Assembly (NCBI GenBank): GCA_022509005.1
Contig: JAFLUC010000001.1
Location: forward strand, 10,521 to 74,520
Source of the DNA: Oscillospiraceae bacterium
GTDB lineage: Bacteria > Bacillota > Clostridia > UBA1381
Length of the DNA stretch: 64,000 nucleotides
Direction of reading: 5' to 3'
How positions within the stretch are numbered: the first letter of the stretch is position 1; every line of letters starts with the position of its first letter. A program made the position numbers and the translations under genes. Under the pieces are notes generated by a model. It worked only from the letters and a program-made list of their open reading frames with translations. It was not told the DNA's origin and did not search any database. Of this stretch, positions 40,455-49,611 are shown piece by piece.

Positions 40455-43025
40455 ATGAAAAAATTAGTAATAGGAATACTGGCCCACGTTGACTCCGGCA
40501 AGACCACCCTATCCGAAGGAATGCTCTACCATTCAGGACAGATACGGAAGCTCGGTAGAGTCGACCACGGTGACGCATTTCTTGACACAAACGAAATAGA
40601 ACGAGAAAAAGGAATAACTATATTTTCCAAGCAAGCTGTTCTTAGGTTTAATAATTCCGAATTTACACTACTTGACACCCCGGGACATATTGATTTTTCA
40701 GCCGAAATGGAACGCACGCTCCAAGTACTTGACTATGCAATTCTTGTTATAAGCGGTTCGGAGGGAGTGCAGAACCATACCGAAACGCTGTGGAAGCTTC
40801 TGATACGCTACAACGTACCCGTATTTTTGTTTATAAATAAAATGGATATATCATATCACGAAAAGGACGAGCTTTTATCAGAGCTTCACAAAAAACTCTC
40901 CGACGGCTGTGTGGATTTTACTGATCGTGGCAGCAGTGATTTTGCCGAAGCCTGCGGCACGTGCAGCGAACAGCTTATGGAGGAATTTCTCGAAACAGAA
41001 AATATATCCGACAACTCTATAAGAAAAGCAATTAAGAATCGTGAAATATTCCCCTGTTTCTTCGGTTCAGCGTTAAAGGTAAACGGTGTAAGCGAATTTA
41101 TGGATTCACTGGACTATTATACCGTTATGCCAAAATATAAAAGTGAATTCGGTGCTAAGGTATTTAAAATTGCCGAGGATGACAGCGGCGCGCGTCTTTC
41201 ATATATTAAAATTACCGGCGGTACTCTTAAGGCTAAAGATGTTATCTACGGCAAAGACACACAAGGTAACGAATGGAATGAAAAAGTCGACAGAGTACGA
41301 ATATATAACGGCGAAAAATTTACCACTATAGACGAAGCTTTACCTGGAACGGTGTGCGCCGTAACAGGATTAAGCCGCACCTATGCCGGAGAAGGGCTCG
41401 GGATTGAGAGCAATTCCGAAAATCCGTATCTTGAACCGGTCTTAACCTATAAGGTTGACACGCTCGACGGCACAGATGTGCAGACTGCTCTTTCCAGACT
41501 CCGAATACTTGAATCCGAAGATCCACAGCTCCATGTAATATGGAACGAACAGCTCAGTGAAATACACATCCAGCTTATGGGCGAGGTTCAGCTTGAGGTT
41601 CTGCGCCGGATTATAGGCGAACGCTTCAATATGACGGTAGATTTCGGTCAGGGTTCTATCGCCTATCGCGAAACAATCGCATCAACTGTTGAAGGCGTAG
41701 GTCATTTTGAACCGCTCCGGCACTATTCAGAGGTGCATCTTATTCTTGAACCACTACCGCGCGGCAGCGGACTGAAATTTGAAACAAAATGCAGCGAGGA
41801 CGCTCTTGATAAAAACTGGCAGAGATTAATCCTCACGCACCTGCGTGAAAAGACACATATCGGAGTGCTTACAGGCTCGCCAATAGCTGATATAAAGATA
41901 ACACTTGCTGCAGGCAGAGCACACAAGAAGCATACGGAAGGCGGTGATTTCCGTCAGGCCACATACCGCGCTGTACGCCACGGGCTGATGCATGCCGAAA
42001 ATATTCTTCTCGAACCGTTTTACAGCTTTAGGCTTGAAATACCAACAGAAAATATCGGCCGTGCCATGACAGATTTACAGCAGATGGGAGCAGAATTTTC
42101 ACAGCCGGAGCTTGATGGTGACTTTTCCGTTATTACCGGCAGCGCGCCTGTTTCCCAGATGCGAAGCTATCATGCCGATATTACGGCATATACAGCAGGA
42201 CGCGGAAAGCTTACCTGTATTTTAAAAGGATATGAGGAATGCCGCAACCCGGATGAGGTCATAGCAGAGCGCGGATATGATCCGGAAGCTGACATCGCAA
42301 ATTCTCCCGATTCCGTATTCTGTGCACATGGAGCCGGATTCCTTGTAAAATGGGATGAGGTAACACGCTACATGCATCTTGAAAGTGTGCTGTCACCCGA
42401 AATCAAAGCAGAAAATGCCTCGATTCGCGCATCAAATTTCATTAATGCAGTTGTGGATGATGACGAACTTTTACGTATTTTTGAGCGTACATACGGGCCT
42501 GTAAAGCATGACCGTTATAATGCTGTGCAAAAAAGAACAAAAAAATCGTCACCAATGCCAAAATCAAGAAAGACAACACCTTTACCCGGCGGACCTCTGT
42601 ATATCTTAGTTGACGGATATAATATTATATTTGCATGGGACGGGCTGAAAAAAGCAGCGGAAGAAAGCCTTGACCTTGCGCGAGAGCTTTTAATCGACCG
42701 TATGTGCAACTACTGCGGCTATATGAACTGCGAGCTTATACTTGTATTCGATGCGTATAAAGTAAAAGGAAACCCCGGAAGCGTTGAAAAGGTTCACAAC
42801 ATAAATGTTGTATATACAAAGGAAGCCGAAACAGCTGACGCGTATATAGAAAAGGTAACACATGAACTAGCAAAAAAGCATCGTGTAAGAGTAGCCACCT
42901 CCGATAATCTTGAGCAGATTATAATTCTCGGCAGCGGGGCTATAAGAGTATCGGCAGCCGAATTTGAAAAAGAGGTACTTGATGCCGAAACGCAGATAAG
43001 AAAATTTATAGAGCAGACATTCTGA
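40455..43025 (+). CDS. TetM/EF-G-like translational GTPase fused to a C-terminal Rae1/YacP-type NYN ribonuclease domain
   Basis: N-terminus has G1 AHVDSGKTT, G3 DTPGH and G4 NKMD and is colinear with TetM/EF-G domains II-V over about 650 aa. A Lys/Pro-rich linker follows. From 42594 the protein reads LYILVDGYNIIF...LVFDAY...VVYTKEAETADAYIE...VATSDNLEQ, which matches YacP/Rae1. It is one uninterrupted frame. I prefer the ATG at 40455 to the TTG at 40443. Confidence 0.8.
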   Translation: MKKLVIGILAHVDSGKTTLSEGMLYHSGQIRKLGRVDHGDAFLDTNEIEREKGITIFSKQAVLRFNNSEFTLLDTPGHIDFSAEMERTLQVLDYAILVISGSEGVQNHTETLWKLLIRYNVPVFLFINKMDISYHEKDELLSELHKKLSDGCVDFTDRGSSDFAEACGTCSEQLMEEFLETENISDNSIRKAIKNREIFPCFFGSALKVNGVSEFMDSLDYYTVMPKYKSEFGAKVFKIAEDDSGARLSYIKITGGTLKAKDVIYGKDTQGNEWNEKVDRVRIYNGEKFTTIDEALPGTVCAVTGLSRTYAGEGLGIESNSENPYLEPVLTYKVDTLDGTDVQTALSRLRILESEDPQLHVIWNEQLSEIHIQLMGEVQLEVLRRIIGERFNMTVDFGQGSIAYRETIASTVEGVGHFEPLRHYSEVHLILEPLPRGSGLKFETKCSEDALDKNWQRLILTHLREKTHIGVLTGSPIADIKITLAAGRAHKKHTEGGDFRQATYRAVRHGLMHAENILLEPFYSFRLEIPTENIGRAMTDLQQMGAEFSQPELDGDFSVITGSAPVSQMRSYHADITAYTAGRGKLTCILKGYEECRNPDEVIAERGYDPEADIANSPDSVFCAHGAGFLVKWDEVTRYMHLESVLSPEIKAENASIRASNFINAVVDDDELLRIFERTYGPVKHDRYNAVQKRTKKSSPMPKSRKTTPLPGGPLYILVDGYNIIFAWDGLKKAAEESLDLARELLIDRMCNYCGYMNCELILVFDAYKVKGNPGSVEKVHNINVVYTKEAETADAYIEKVTHELAKKHRVRVATSDNLEQIIILGSGAIRVSAAEFEKEVLDAETQIRKFIEQTF

Positions 43026-43042
43026 AGAAAGGCATGATTATT

Positions 43043-44194
43043 ATGGCGGTAGGAATTATTGCGGAGTTCAATCCGTTTCATAACGGACATAAATACCTCA
43101 TAGAAGAGGCAAAGCACCGTTCAGGCTGCGATTCTGCTGTTGCAGTTATGAGCGGTGAATGGGTCCAGCGCGGCAATATAGCGATCACAGATAAATGGAC
43201 GCGCACTGAACAAGCACTTTTGAACGGAATTGATCTTGTTATTGAATTGCCGGTTATATATTCGATGAATACGGCACAAAAATTTGCATGCGGTGCTGTG
43301 GGAACGCTTACCGCAACAGGCGTAATCGATACACTTGCCTTCGGCTCGGAGTCCGGAGACGCAAATGTGCTCCTTAACGCCGCTGATCTGCTTATAAACG
43401 AGCCTGCTGAGGTTTCGGATAGAATAAAAACGCTCTGTGGTATGGGAATGACATATGCAGCAGCACGTGCGGCAGCATATACCGGTATAATCAACAGTAA
43501 GCTTCTTTCTTCCCCGAATGATATTCTCGCAATTGAATACATACAGGCAATGGAGAAGCTTGGTTCCGATTTTGATATATGCGCAATAAAGCGAAAAGGC
43601 GTAGAACATGACAGCAATGAACACTTCGATAACATAGCCTCCGCTTCCGAAATCCGACGCAGAATATCAGAAAACAGTAATGTATCTGGTTTTCTCCCCT
43701 GCCCTGTTTTCCCTGTGTATTCATCCTCAAGGCTTGATACAGCTCTTATTGCAAAGCTGCGCTGCTGCGGAGCGGAGTATTTAAGAGATATAAACGATGT
43801 TGCTGAGGGACTTGAAAACAGATTTATAAAAGCAGCATCTGAATACGATACCGTAGACGAACTGTGCAAGGCAGTGAAATCAAAGCGATATGCGTTAAGC
43901 CGCATAAGGCGAATTGCATGGTCAGCACTTCTGGGCATAACAAAGGATAAAGCTGCGGCAGCGCCTTCATATATACGCGTACTTGGTATGAATGAAAGAG
44001 GTATGGCGCTTTTGAAGCAGATGAAAACAACAGCGTCACTGCCGGTTATAATAAAACCTGCAGACTATGCCGGAGATGATACATCATTTTTGAGCAGCCT
44101 CGCTGAAGATATTTTCGCACTATGCGCGCACGACAAATCGCTGCGCGGCGGAGGCAGGGATATGACCACATCTCCTGTGATTATGCGCGGATAA
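43043..44194 (+). CDS. tmcAL: tRNA(Met) cytidine acetate ligase (YlbM/DUF795 nucleotidyltransferase)
   Basis: GIIAEFNPFHNGHKYLI HxGH-type N-terminus and colinearity with the TmcAL family. Confidence 0.8.
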   Translation: MAVGIIAEFNPFHNGHKYLIEEAKHRSGCDSAVAVMSGEWVQRGNIAITDKWTRTEQALLNGIDLVIELPVIYSMNTAQKFACGAVGTLTATGVIDTLAFGSESGDANVLLNAADLLINEPAEVSDRIKTLCGMGMTYAAARAAAYTGIINSKLLSSPNDILAIEYIQAMEKLGSDFDICAIKRKGVEHDSNEHFDNIASASEIRRRISENSNVSGFLPCPVFPVYSSSRLDTALIAKLRCCGAEYLRDINDVAEGLENRFIKAASEYDTVDELCKAVKSKRYALSRIRRIAWSALLGITKDKAAAAPSYIRVLGMNERGMALLKQMKTTASLPVIIKPADYAGDDTSFLSSLAEDIFALCAHDKSLRGGGRDMTTSPVIMRG

Positions 44195-44218
44195 AAAATA
44201 AAATACAAACATAACAAG

Positions 44219-44261
44219 CACCTGCATAATATAATTAATTAACTAATTATATTGGCAGGTG
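44219..44261 (+). promoter_or_regulatory. imperfect 16-bp hairpin between tmcAL and sigK whose 3' arm contains the sigK SD
   Basis: CACCTGC-a-TAATATAATTA / loop attaac / TAATTATAT-tg-GCAGGTG. The GGCAGGTG in the 3' arm lies 6 nt before the ATG at 44267. Confidence 0.4.
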
Positions 44262-44266
44262 TTCTT

Positions 44267-44947
44267 ATGTTAAGCGCAGTATTTGAATGGTTAAAAGCCG
44301 TCGTATTGATGACCGGTTATGTTTCAGGAAGCGCGTCGTTTCCTAAGCCATTAACCGCAGATGAAGAAGATAAATATTTAAAGTTATTTAACGAAGGAGA
44401 TGAAAACGCCAAAAACGTACTTATAGAACGAAATCTGCGTCTTGTAGCACATATCGCGAAAAAATACAGTGATGACCGAAATGCTGAGGATCTGATCTCA
44501 ATAGGCACAATAGGATTGATCAAAGGGATAAATACATATAAGCTCTCAAAAAATAAAAAGCTTTCATCATATGTTGCAAGGTGTATTGAAAATGAGGTTT
44601 TAATGTATCTGCGTTCGCTGCGCAAGCAGAAGAATGAGGTGTATATGGATGACAGCATAGGAACTGATACTGACGGGAACAGTATGACGCTTTCTGATAT
44701 ACTCCCGAATAACGACCCGGATATAGCGGATACTGTTTCGGACAACATCGATGCTGTCAAACTTCAAAAGGTGCTGTTATCCTGTTTAACGCAGACGGAG
44801 AACGATATCATTTCAGACCGCTATGGACTTGGCGGCAGACCACGTAAAACACAGCAGCAGATCGCCGACCAACTTGGTATAAGCCGCAGCTATGTCAGCC
44901 GTATTGAAAAAAGATGTCTGATAAAGCTTTCAGAGGCATTAAAGTAA
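44267..44947 (+). CDS. sigK: sporulation sigma factor, pro-sigma-K type (uninterrupted)
   Basis: Hydrophobic pro-sequence, then SFPKPLTADEEDKYL...ERNLRLVAHIAKKY, closer to SigK (FPQPLS...RLVAHI) than to SigE. Region 4 HTH ISRSYVSRIEKR. The track start 44252 is a TTG. Confidence 0.7.
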   Translation: MLSAVFEWLKAVVLMTGYVSGSASFPKPLTADEEDKYLKLFNEGDENAKNVLIERNLRLVAHIAKKYSDDRNAEDLISIGTIGLIKGINTYKLSKNKKLSSYVARCIENEVLMYLRSLRKQKNEVYMDDSIGTDTDGNSMTLSDILPNNDPDIADTVSDNIDAVKLQKVLLSCLTQTENDIISDRYGLGGRPRKTQQQIADQLGISRSYVSRIEKRCLIKLSEALK

Positions 44948-44956
44948 AATATAGCC

Positions 44957-44980
44957 AAAACAGGGGCACAGCCCCTGTTT
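44957..44980. terminator. bidirectional intrinsic terminator between sigK and the GH53 gene
   Basis: AAAA-CAGGGGC-aca-GCCCCTG-TTT located between convergent stops. Confidence 0.6.
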
Positions 44981-44993
44981 GAATATACACAGA

Positions 44994-46871
44994 TTATTCA
45001 ATCGACTCAGAATTACTTACAGTAAAACCTGCAATTTCTCCCGATATCCACATAAATGCCTTAACACTTGCGGCACTGTCGTTAAACCTAACATTACATG
45101 TTCCTTTTCCTGTTACCGCGCTCTTTTTTACGTCAATAAGAATGCCTTCTTTATCATATGCAGCGATATAAATATCCGTCTTAGTATTCTCATCACAGTC
45201 ATAAGCTATTTCAGCACTGCCTATAGCTGCGCTCACAATAGCGACAGTATTCTCTTTCCTCCGCGGATTTCTTGTATCAGAATAGAGCTGAACCGTTGAA
45301 ATTGCTTTTCCGTCAAAGTTAAATAATGTTGTGTTTTCAACCACATTTACCTGGGTATTGTTTCCCTCCTCTGTGATAGCCCAGCCGACAAGATTGTTTC
45401 CGCGCTCGTCCTCAACGTGTATTTTCAGCGGGTCCCAATATAGCACTCCTATGCAATTATCCGCCTGCCTCATATAATTTATAAGCTCTGCCATAAACCC
45501 TTTATGTCCGCTCTCGGTATCAGGATAAATGTCGCGATATGCGTCAATGTTAAACAGCTGTCCATCATAACCATCCTTTTTCTTATCAGTCCAGTTATAG
45601 CCTGCTTCCATTATTATTACCGGTTTATTATATATTTCCGAAAGCTCGTTTACTCGCGATTTACACACCGATGCGGTCTGAGTTGTCCATGACGGATAAT
45701 ATGATATGCCGGTCACATCCCACTTACCTCCCGCTTCTTGATATGCGTCAAACCACCATCTATGGTTTCCGGCATTGGAATATGAAAACCCTCCGTCGCT
45801 TGCAAGATGCACGATGACCTGGGTATCGGGCGATACTGCCTTTATTGCGTCATAGCCACTGTTTAAGAACTGAGCTATGCCTTCAAAATCCGTTTTATAT
45901 GTTATATTGTCTGCGGTCTGCTCATATTCAATTGAATAGGCTGCGGGATTATAAAAGCTGTCATAGCTGCCTCCAAACGGCAGGAATACTCCGCCGTTTA
46001 TCTCGTTTCCGATAGAAACATATTCCGGGGTTGTTCCCTGTTCTGCAAGCTCCTTCATAATTCTTTCGGTATAGTTATATATAAGTTCACTAAGCTTATT
46101 CTTTATCTCTGTTTTCTGCTCCATCGTCATAGTGCTGAGAAATGTATAATCCTCAATATCATATCCGAGGCTGTTCTTTATCTCCAGCACCCAGTCAGAC
46201 GGAATACGCTGACGCTCGCCGTTTGACCAATAATCAGAATAGTTGAACGTGAATACAATCTGCATCCCCGCATCCTTTGCCTCTCTTGCAAGTGCAAGGC
46301 AGTCCTCTTCATTCTGATATCCTGCCGGCAGATAATATGTTCCGTCACCATGTCCCGGACCCGGATCGTTTGAGAGTCTTATACGACATGCGTTCATGCC
46401 ATTTGCGCCTAAGTACTCAATTGGATTTATTTCATTATCGTCAAAGTCATAGTATTTTCCGCCCATATCATGGACAATTGTATACTCCGAAATATCGCCG
46501 CCGTTTAAAAATATAGATTCTTTTGACACTTCTGCCTTTACATTACTGATTTGCGCGATTGAGGTTCCGTCATTATAAAGACCGTATTCAATTGTACCGT
46601 CATTTACATATATACCCTTGATGGTCACGGTCGTTCCGCTTGTTTCAGTCGATTTCGGCAATACTGCAGTTCCTTTTGTAGATGCGTTTGATCTCGCCCA
46701 CATGTAACAGCTTCCGTCAACCGACGAATTGCTGTATTCAGCCGTTACGTCATAATAACCCTCGGCAAGTCCTGTTATTTTACCTGTGTCCTCTGCCGAT
46801 ACAGGTGATGTTATGAACTGAGCTCCCATCATAACAGCAAGCACCGCAGCAGATATATTTTTAAATTTCAC
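44994..46871 (-). CDS. secreted GH53 arabinogalactan endo-beta-1,4-galactanase with N- and C-terminal accessory domains
   Basis: Signal peptide. Catalytic-domain blocks FNYSDYWSNG, VSIGNEINGG, ISYYPSW and VIIMEAGY parallel the GH53 motifs FHYSDFWADP, VGNE, SYYPFW and VAETSY. Confidence 0.75.
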   Translation of the reverse strand: MKFKNISAAVLAVMMGAQFITSPVSAEDTGKITGLAEGYYDVTAEYSNSSVDGSCYMWARSNASTKGTAVLPKSTETSGTTVTIKGIYVNDGTIEYGLYNDGTSIAQISNVKAEVSKESIFLNGGDISEYTIVHDMGGKYYDFDDNEINPIEYLGANGMNACRIRLSNDPGPGHGDGTYYLPAGYQNEEDCLALAREAKDAGMQIVFTFNYSDYWSNGERQRIPSDWVLEIKNSLGYDIEDYTFLSTMTMEQKTEIKNKLSELIYNYTERIMKELAEQGTTPEYVSIGNEINGGVFLPFGGSYDSFYNPAAYSIEYEQTADNITYKTDFEGIAQFLNSGYDAIKAVSPDTQVIVHLASDGGFSYSNAGNHRWWFDAYQEAGGKWDVTGISYYPSWTTQTASVCKSRVNELSEIYNKPVIIMEAGYNWTDKKKDGYDGQLFNIDAYRDIYPDTESGHKGFMAELINYMRQADNCIGVLYWDPLKIHVEDERGNNLVGWAITEEGNNTQVNVVENTTLFNFDGKAISTVQLYSDTRNPRRKENTVAIVSAAIGSAEIAYDCDENTKTDIYIAAYDKEGILIDVKKSAVTGKGTCNVRFNDSAASVKAFMWISGEIAGFTVSNSESIE

Positions 46872-46940
46872 TTTTTTCGCTCCTTTATATTTTATATATA
46901 CATTCTACCATATAATATATATAACGTCAATGACCACTGC

Positions 46941-46967
46941 ACAAAAATATGACTGCAGCATATAATA
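46941..46967 (+). promoter_or_regulatory. candidate sigma-K-type promoter upstream of dpaA (AC-16-CATATAATA)
   Basis: AC at 46941-46942, a 16-nt spacer, then CATAtaaTA at 46959-46967. This matches the AC-N16/17-CATAnnnTA consensus as I recall it. The region is AT-rich, so a chance match is possible. Confidence 0.3.
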
Positions 46968-47005
46968 TCAAATAAAAACTAATATTACTGAAGGGAGTTT
47001 TATAT

Positions 47006-47812
47006 ATGTTCAGAAACATTTCGGTTATAGGCGGCGATCTGCGCCAGATCACACTCGCAAGAATGCTTATTGAGGATGGATACAATGTGCTGATTTACGG
47101 ATTTACAAATGATATTAAAACCGAAGGGATTCCAACAACCGATAATTTAAAAGAAGCTCTCGACGCTGATATTATCATTCTCCCTGTTCCGGTTTCTTTT
47201 GATAATAAAACAATAAATATGACTTTTTCCGAAACAGTTCTCTCAACAGATGAGCTGATCAACGAGATCAATCCGCTCTCTATCGTTTTCGGCGGCAGAA
47301 TTTCGGAATATATCGCATCAAGACTTAGCGCAAGAGGCATAAAATACAAGGACTACATGGTTCGTGATGAGCTTGCGATACGCAATGCCGTACCTACCGC
47401 GGAAGGAGCTATAAAAATCGCAATTGAGGAAACTCCTATAACTTTGCACAACAGTAAATGTCTTGTTCTCGGTTATGGTAAGGTCGGAAAAATTCTTGCC
47501 AGATGCCTTGACGGAATCGGTGCTCATACATATGTAGAAGCCCGTAAATATGCCGATCTCGCGCTCATTGAAGGCCACGGCTTCCATCCGCTTACAATGA
47601 ATGAGACAACAGCGCATATTGATGAATTTGATGTTATTTTTAATACGATTCCCGCACTTGTTCTCACAGAGAATGTACTGAAAAAAATAAAGCCCGATAC
47701 ACTGATAATAGATCTTGCCAGCCGTCCAGGCGGCGTTGATTTCGACACTGCGCGTAATCTTGGACTAAGAGTAATATGGGCACTGTCGCTTCCGGGAAGT
47801 ATATCGGGTTGA
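47006..47812 (+). CDS. dpaA: dipicolinate synthase subunit A, 5' segment (codons 1-264 authentic to 47799, then 4 element-derived codons and a stop)
   Basis: Colinear with SpoVFA/DpaA (VIGGDLRQ, VPTAEGAI, VLGYGKVGK, IIDLASRPGGVDF, SLPG). It ends prematurely as SISG-stop exactly where sequence composition changes. Confidence 0.85.
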   Translation: MFRNISVIGGDLRQITLARMLIEDGYNVLIYGFTNDIKTEGIPTTDNLKEALDADIIILPVPVSFDNKTINMTFSETVLSTDELINEINPLSIVFGGRISEYIASRLSARGIKYKDYMVRDELAIRNAVPTAEGAIKIAIEETPITLHNSKCLVLGYGKVGKILARCLDGIGAHTYVEARKYADLALIEGHGFHPLTMNETTAHIDEFDVIFNTIPALVLTENVLKKIKPDTLIIDLASRPGGVDFDTARNLGLRVIWALSLPGSISG

Positions 47813-47843
47813 AAAAATGGATATCAAAAAAATTTGATATCCA
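47812..47843 (-). terminator. intrinsic terminator overlapping the last codons of the serine recombinase gene
   Basis: TGGATATCAAA-aaaa-TTTGATATCCA perfect 11-bp stem, followed by T6 on the minus strand. Confidence 0.6.
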
Positions 47844-49347
47844 CTTTTCCGTCTGCAATCTCTATAACTTTAATAACCGCTTTTGCTATTTGTTTTTTTA
47901 TTTCCGTATTATAATTATCCCAATCTTTTATGATATTTTCAATATCAAGCTTATCTGCATTTCCGTTTTGTTCTTCAAGCTGTAACCTTGTAATTTCTTC
48001 CAGTATCTCATTTTTCTCTCTATCCAATTCCACAATACGCTGATTGATATACTCAATCGTTATACTGTTTCCTTTAGCAACTGCTGACAGTAGATTTTTT
48101 ATTTCTTCATCTGTTTTTGATAACTCTATTTTCAATTCATTTATTTCGGGTGAATCTTTTACAACACTGCTTTGTTTTATCTCCTTGAGTTCATTTAATC
48201 TTTTAAATAATGCCTCTTTAACTATATTTTCTATTGTTTCGACAGGAACCATTTTTTTAGAATGCGGACATGTTTTATATCTGCGCCCTCTGCAATATAA
48301 ATATCTATATACTGTTTTATTGTTTTTTGATCTTGCTTTATACTTTTTAATATAGTAATTATATCCGCACCCGCATTTCATCAATCCTTGCAGCCACGTT
48401 AAGCTTCCTGTTCCTATGTTTGAGTGTCCTTTTCTTTGTGCAAAAATATTTCTTACAGAAAGCCATACATCAGCGTCAATTATTCCGTCATGTAAACCTA
48501 ATGTTACATAATCATTTTTCAGATTAACAAATTTTGAGCCTTTACGTTTGGACACTTTCCCGTAGACGTAACAACCTTTAACACCCTTATAATCCTCAAT
48601 AGAATTATTCATTGTTGCCCCAATACCCAAAAGATAATTATATATATCAGCATTTGCCTTTACATGAATCGGACTTTTCAACATTCTTGATACAGCATTT
48701 GAACTCCATGGACGGTTTTGCCTTGTCGGTACTTTCTTCTCATTTAATTCACGAGCTATCGCATTCAGACTCATACCATTGAGATAATCTTTATACATTT
48801 TTTCTAATATTCTGCTCTCGTCTTTCTTTATTTTAAATGTATAAGTTTTTTTACCATTTAATTGTGTTTCTATCTTTTCATATCCGAATGGAGCATATCC
48901 TCCTAAATAGAATCCCTTTTCACCTCTGCTATAATAGTTATCTTCTACTCTCTGTTGTATGGTTTCTCGTTCCATTTCTGCAAAAGTCATAAGAATACTA
49001 ACCATTGCTTTTCCTTGAGTAGTTGATGTATCAAACTGCTCATTAACAGACACCAAATCCGTATTATATTTTTCAAATTCTCTTTGCATATTGATAAAAT
49101 CATAAAGCGAACGGCTTATTCTATCGTATTTATAGATGATTATTCTCGATACGTTCCCTTGTTTTACTTCCGTCATCATACGCTGAAACTCAGGTCTGTT
49201 TTTCACTGATTTACCCGAATATCCTTTATCTGAAAATATCTCATATGATTCATTTTTATTTATTTTCTTTTTACATTCCTCTATCTGAGATTCAATACTG
49301 ATACTGTCTTTTTTGTCAACTGACTGTCTTGCATATATTGCTTGCAT
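47824..49347 (-). CDS. large serine recombinase (serine integrase)
   Basis: Resolvase-type catalytic N-terminus (AIYARQSVDKKDSISIESQ, YKYDRISRS), a recombinase domain, a Cys-rich zinc ribbon (CGCG...CRGRRYKTCPH) and a C-terminal coiled coil. 507 aa. Confidence 0.9.
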   Translation of the reverse strand: MQAIYARQSVDKKDSISIESQIEECKKKINKNESYEIFSDKGYSGKSVKNRPEFQRMMTEVKQGNVSRIIIYKYDRISRSLYDFINMQREFEKYNTDLVSVNEQFDTSTTQGKAMVSILMTFAEMERETIQQRVEDNYYSRGEKGFYLGGYAPFGYEKIETQLNGKKTYTFKIKKDESRILEKMYKDYLNGMSLNAIARELNEKKVPTRQNRPWSSNAVSRMLKSPIHVKANADIYNYLLGIGATMNNSIEDYKGVKGCYVYGKVSKRKGSKFVNLKNDYVTLGLHDGIIDADVWLSVRNIFAQRKGHSNIGTGSLTWLQGLMKCGCGYNYYIKKYKARSKNNKTVYRYLYCRGRRYKTCPHSKKMVPVETIENIVKEALFKRLNELKEIKQSSVVKDSPEINELKIELSKTDEEIKNLLSAVAKGNSITIEYINQRIVELDREKNEILEEITRLQLEEQNGNADKLDIENIIKDWDNYNTEIKKQIAKAVIKVIEIADGKVDIKFF

Positions 49348-49370
49348 ATATTTCTTACCCCTTTATTGAA

Positions 49371-49399
49371 ATACGGTGGAGATTAAATCTCCACCGTAT
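49371..49399 (-). terminator. 13-bp perfect hairpin between the small ORF and the recombinase start
   Basis: ATACGGTGGAGAT-taa-ATCTCCACCGTAT. On the minus strand it is followed by TTTCAAT and the recombinase SD AAAGGGG. It could be a partial terminator or attenuator. Confidence 0.45.
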
Positions 49400-49404
49400 T
49401 GATT

Positions 49405-49578
49405 TTAAATTTTTTGTTTGATAATACTTTCTATGCGATCTTTTATTTGAATATCACATTTTTTTCTCTGTATAAAATCAATTTTCGGTGTAAATGTATT
49501 CACAGTAATTCCATCTCTTTTATAACTACTTATCATCTCACCGATTAAACTATTTGATGATTCTGTCACACTATACAT
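49405..49578 (-). CDS. small hypothetical protein, 57 aa (candidate recombination directionality factor)
   Basis: Below the track cutoff. My translation is MYSVTESSNSLIGEMISSYKRDGITVNTFTPKIDFIQRKKCDIQIKDRIESIIKQKI-stop. SD GGAGTG lies 9 nt upstream, and a consensus promoter lies just upstream. Confidence 0.4.
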   Translation of the reverse strand: MYSVTESSNSLIGEMISSYKRDGITVNTFTPKIDFIQRKKCDIQIKDRIESIIKQKI

Positions 49579-49611
49579 ATAAAAATCACTCCATTCTTAG
49601 AAATTTTTTTA

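Noticed and set aside
47776-47985. 69-aa plus-strand ORF continuing from the dpaA region into the element
   Set aside because: It is antisense to the 3' end of the serine recombinase gene, extremely Phe/Ile-rich, and has no SD.
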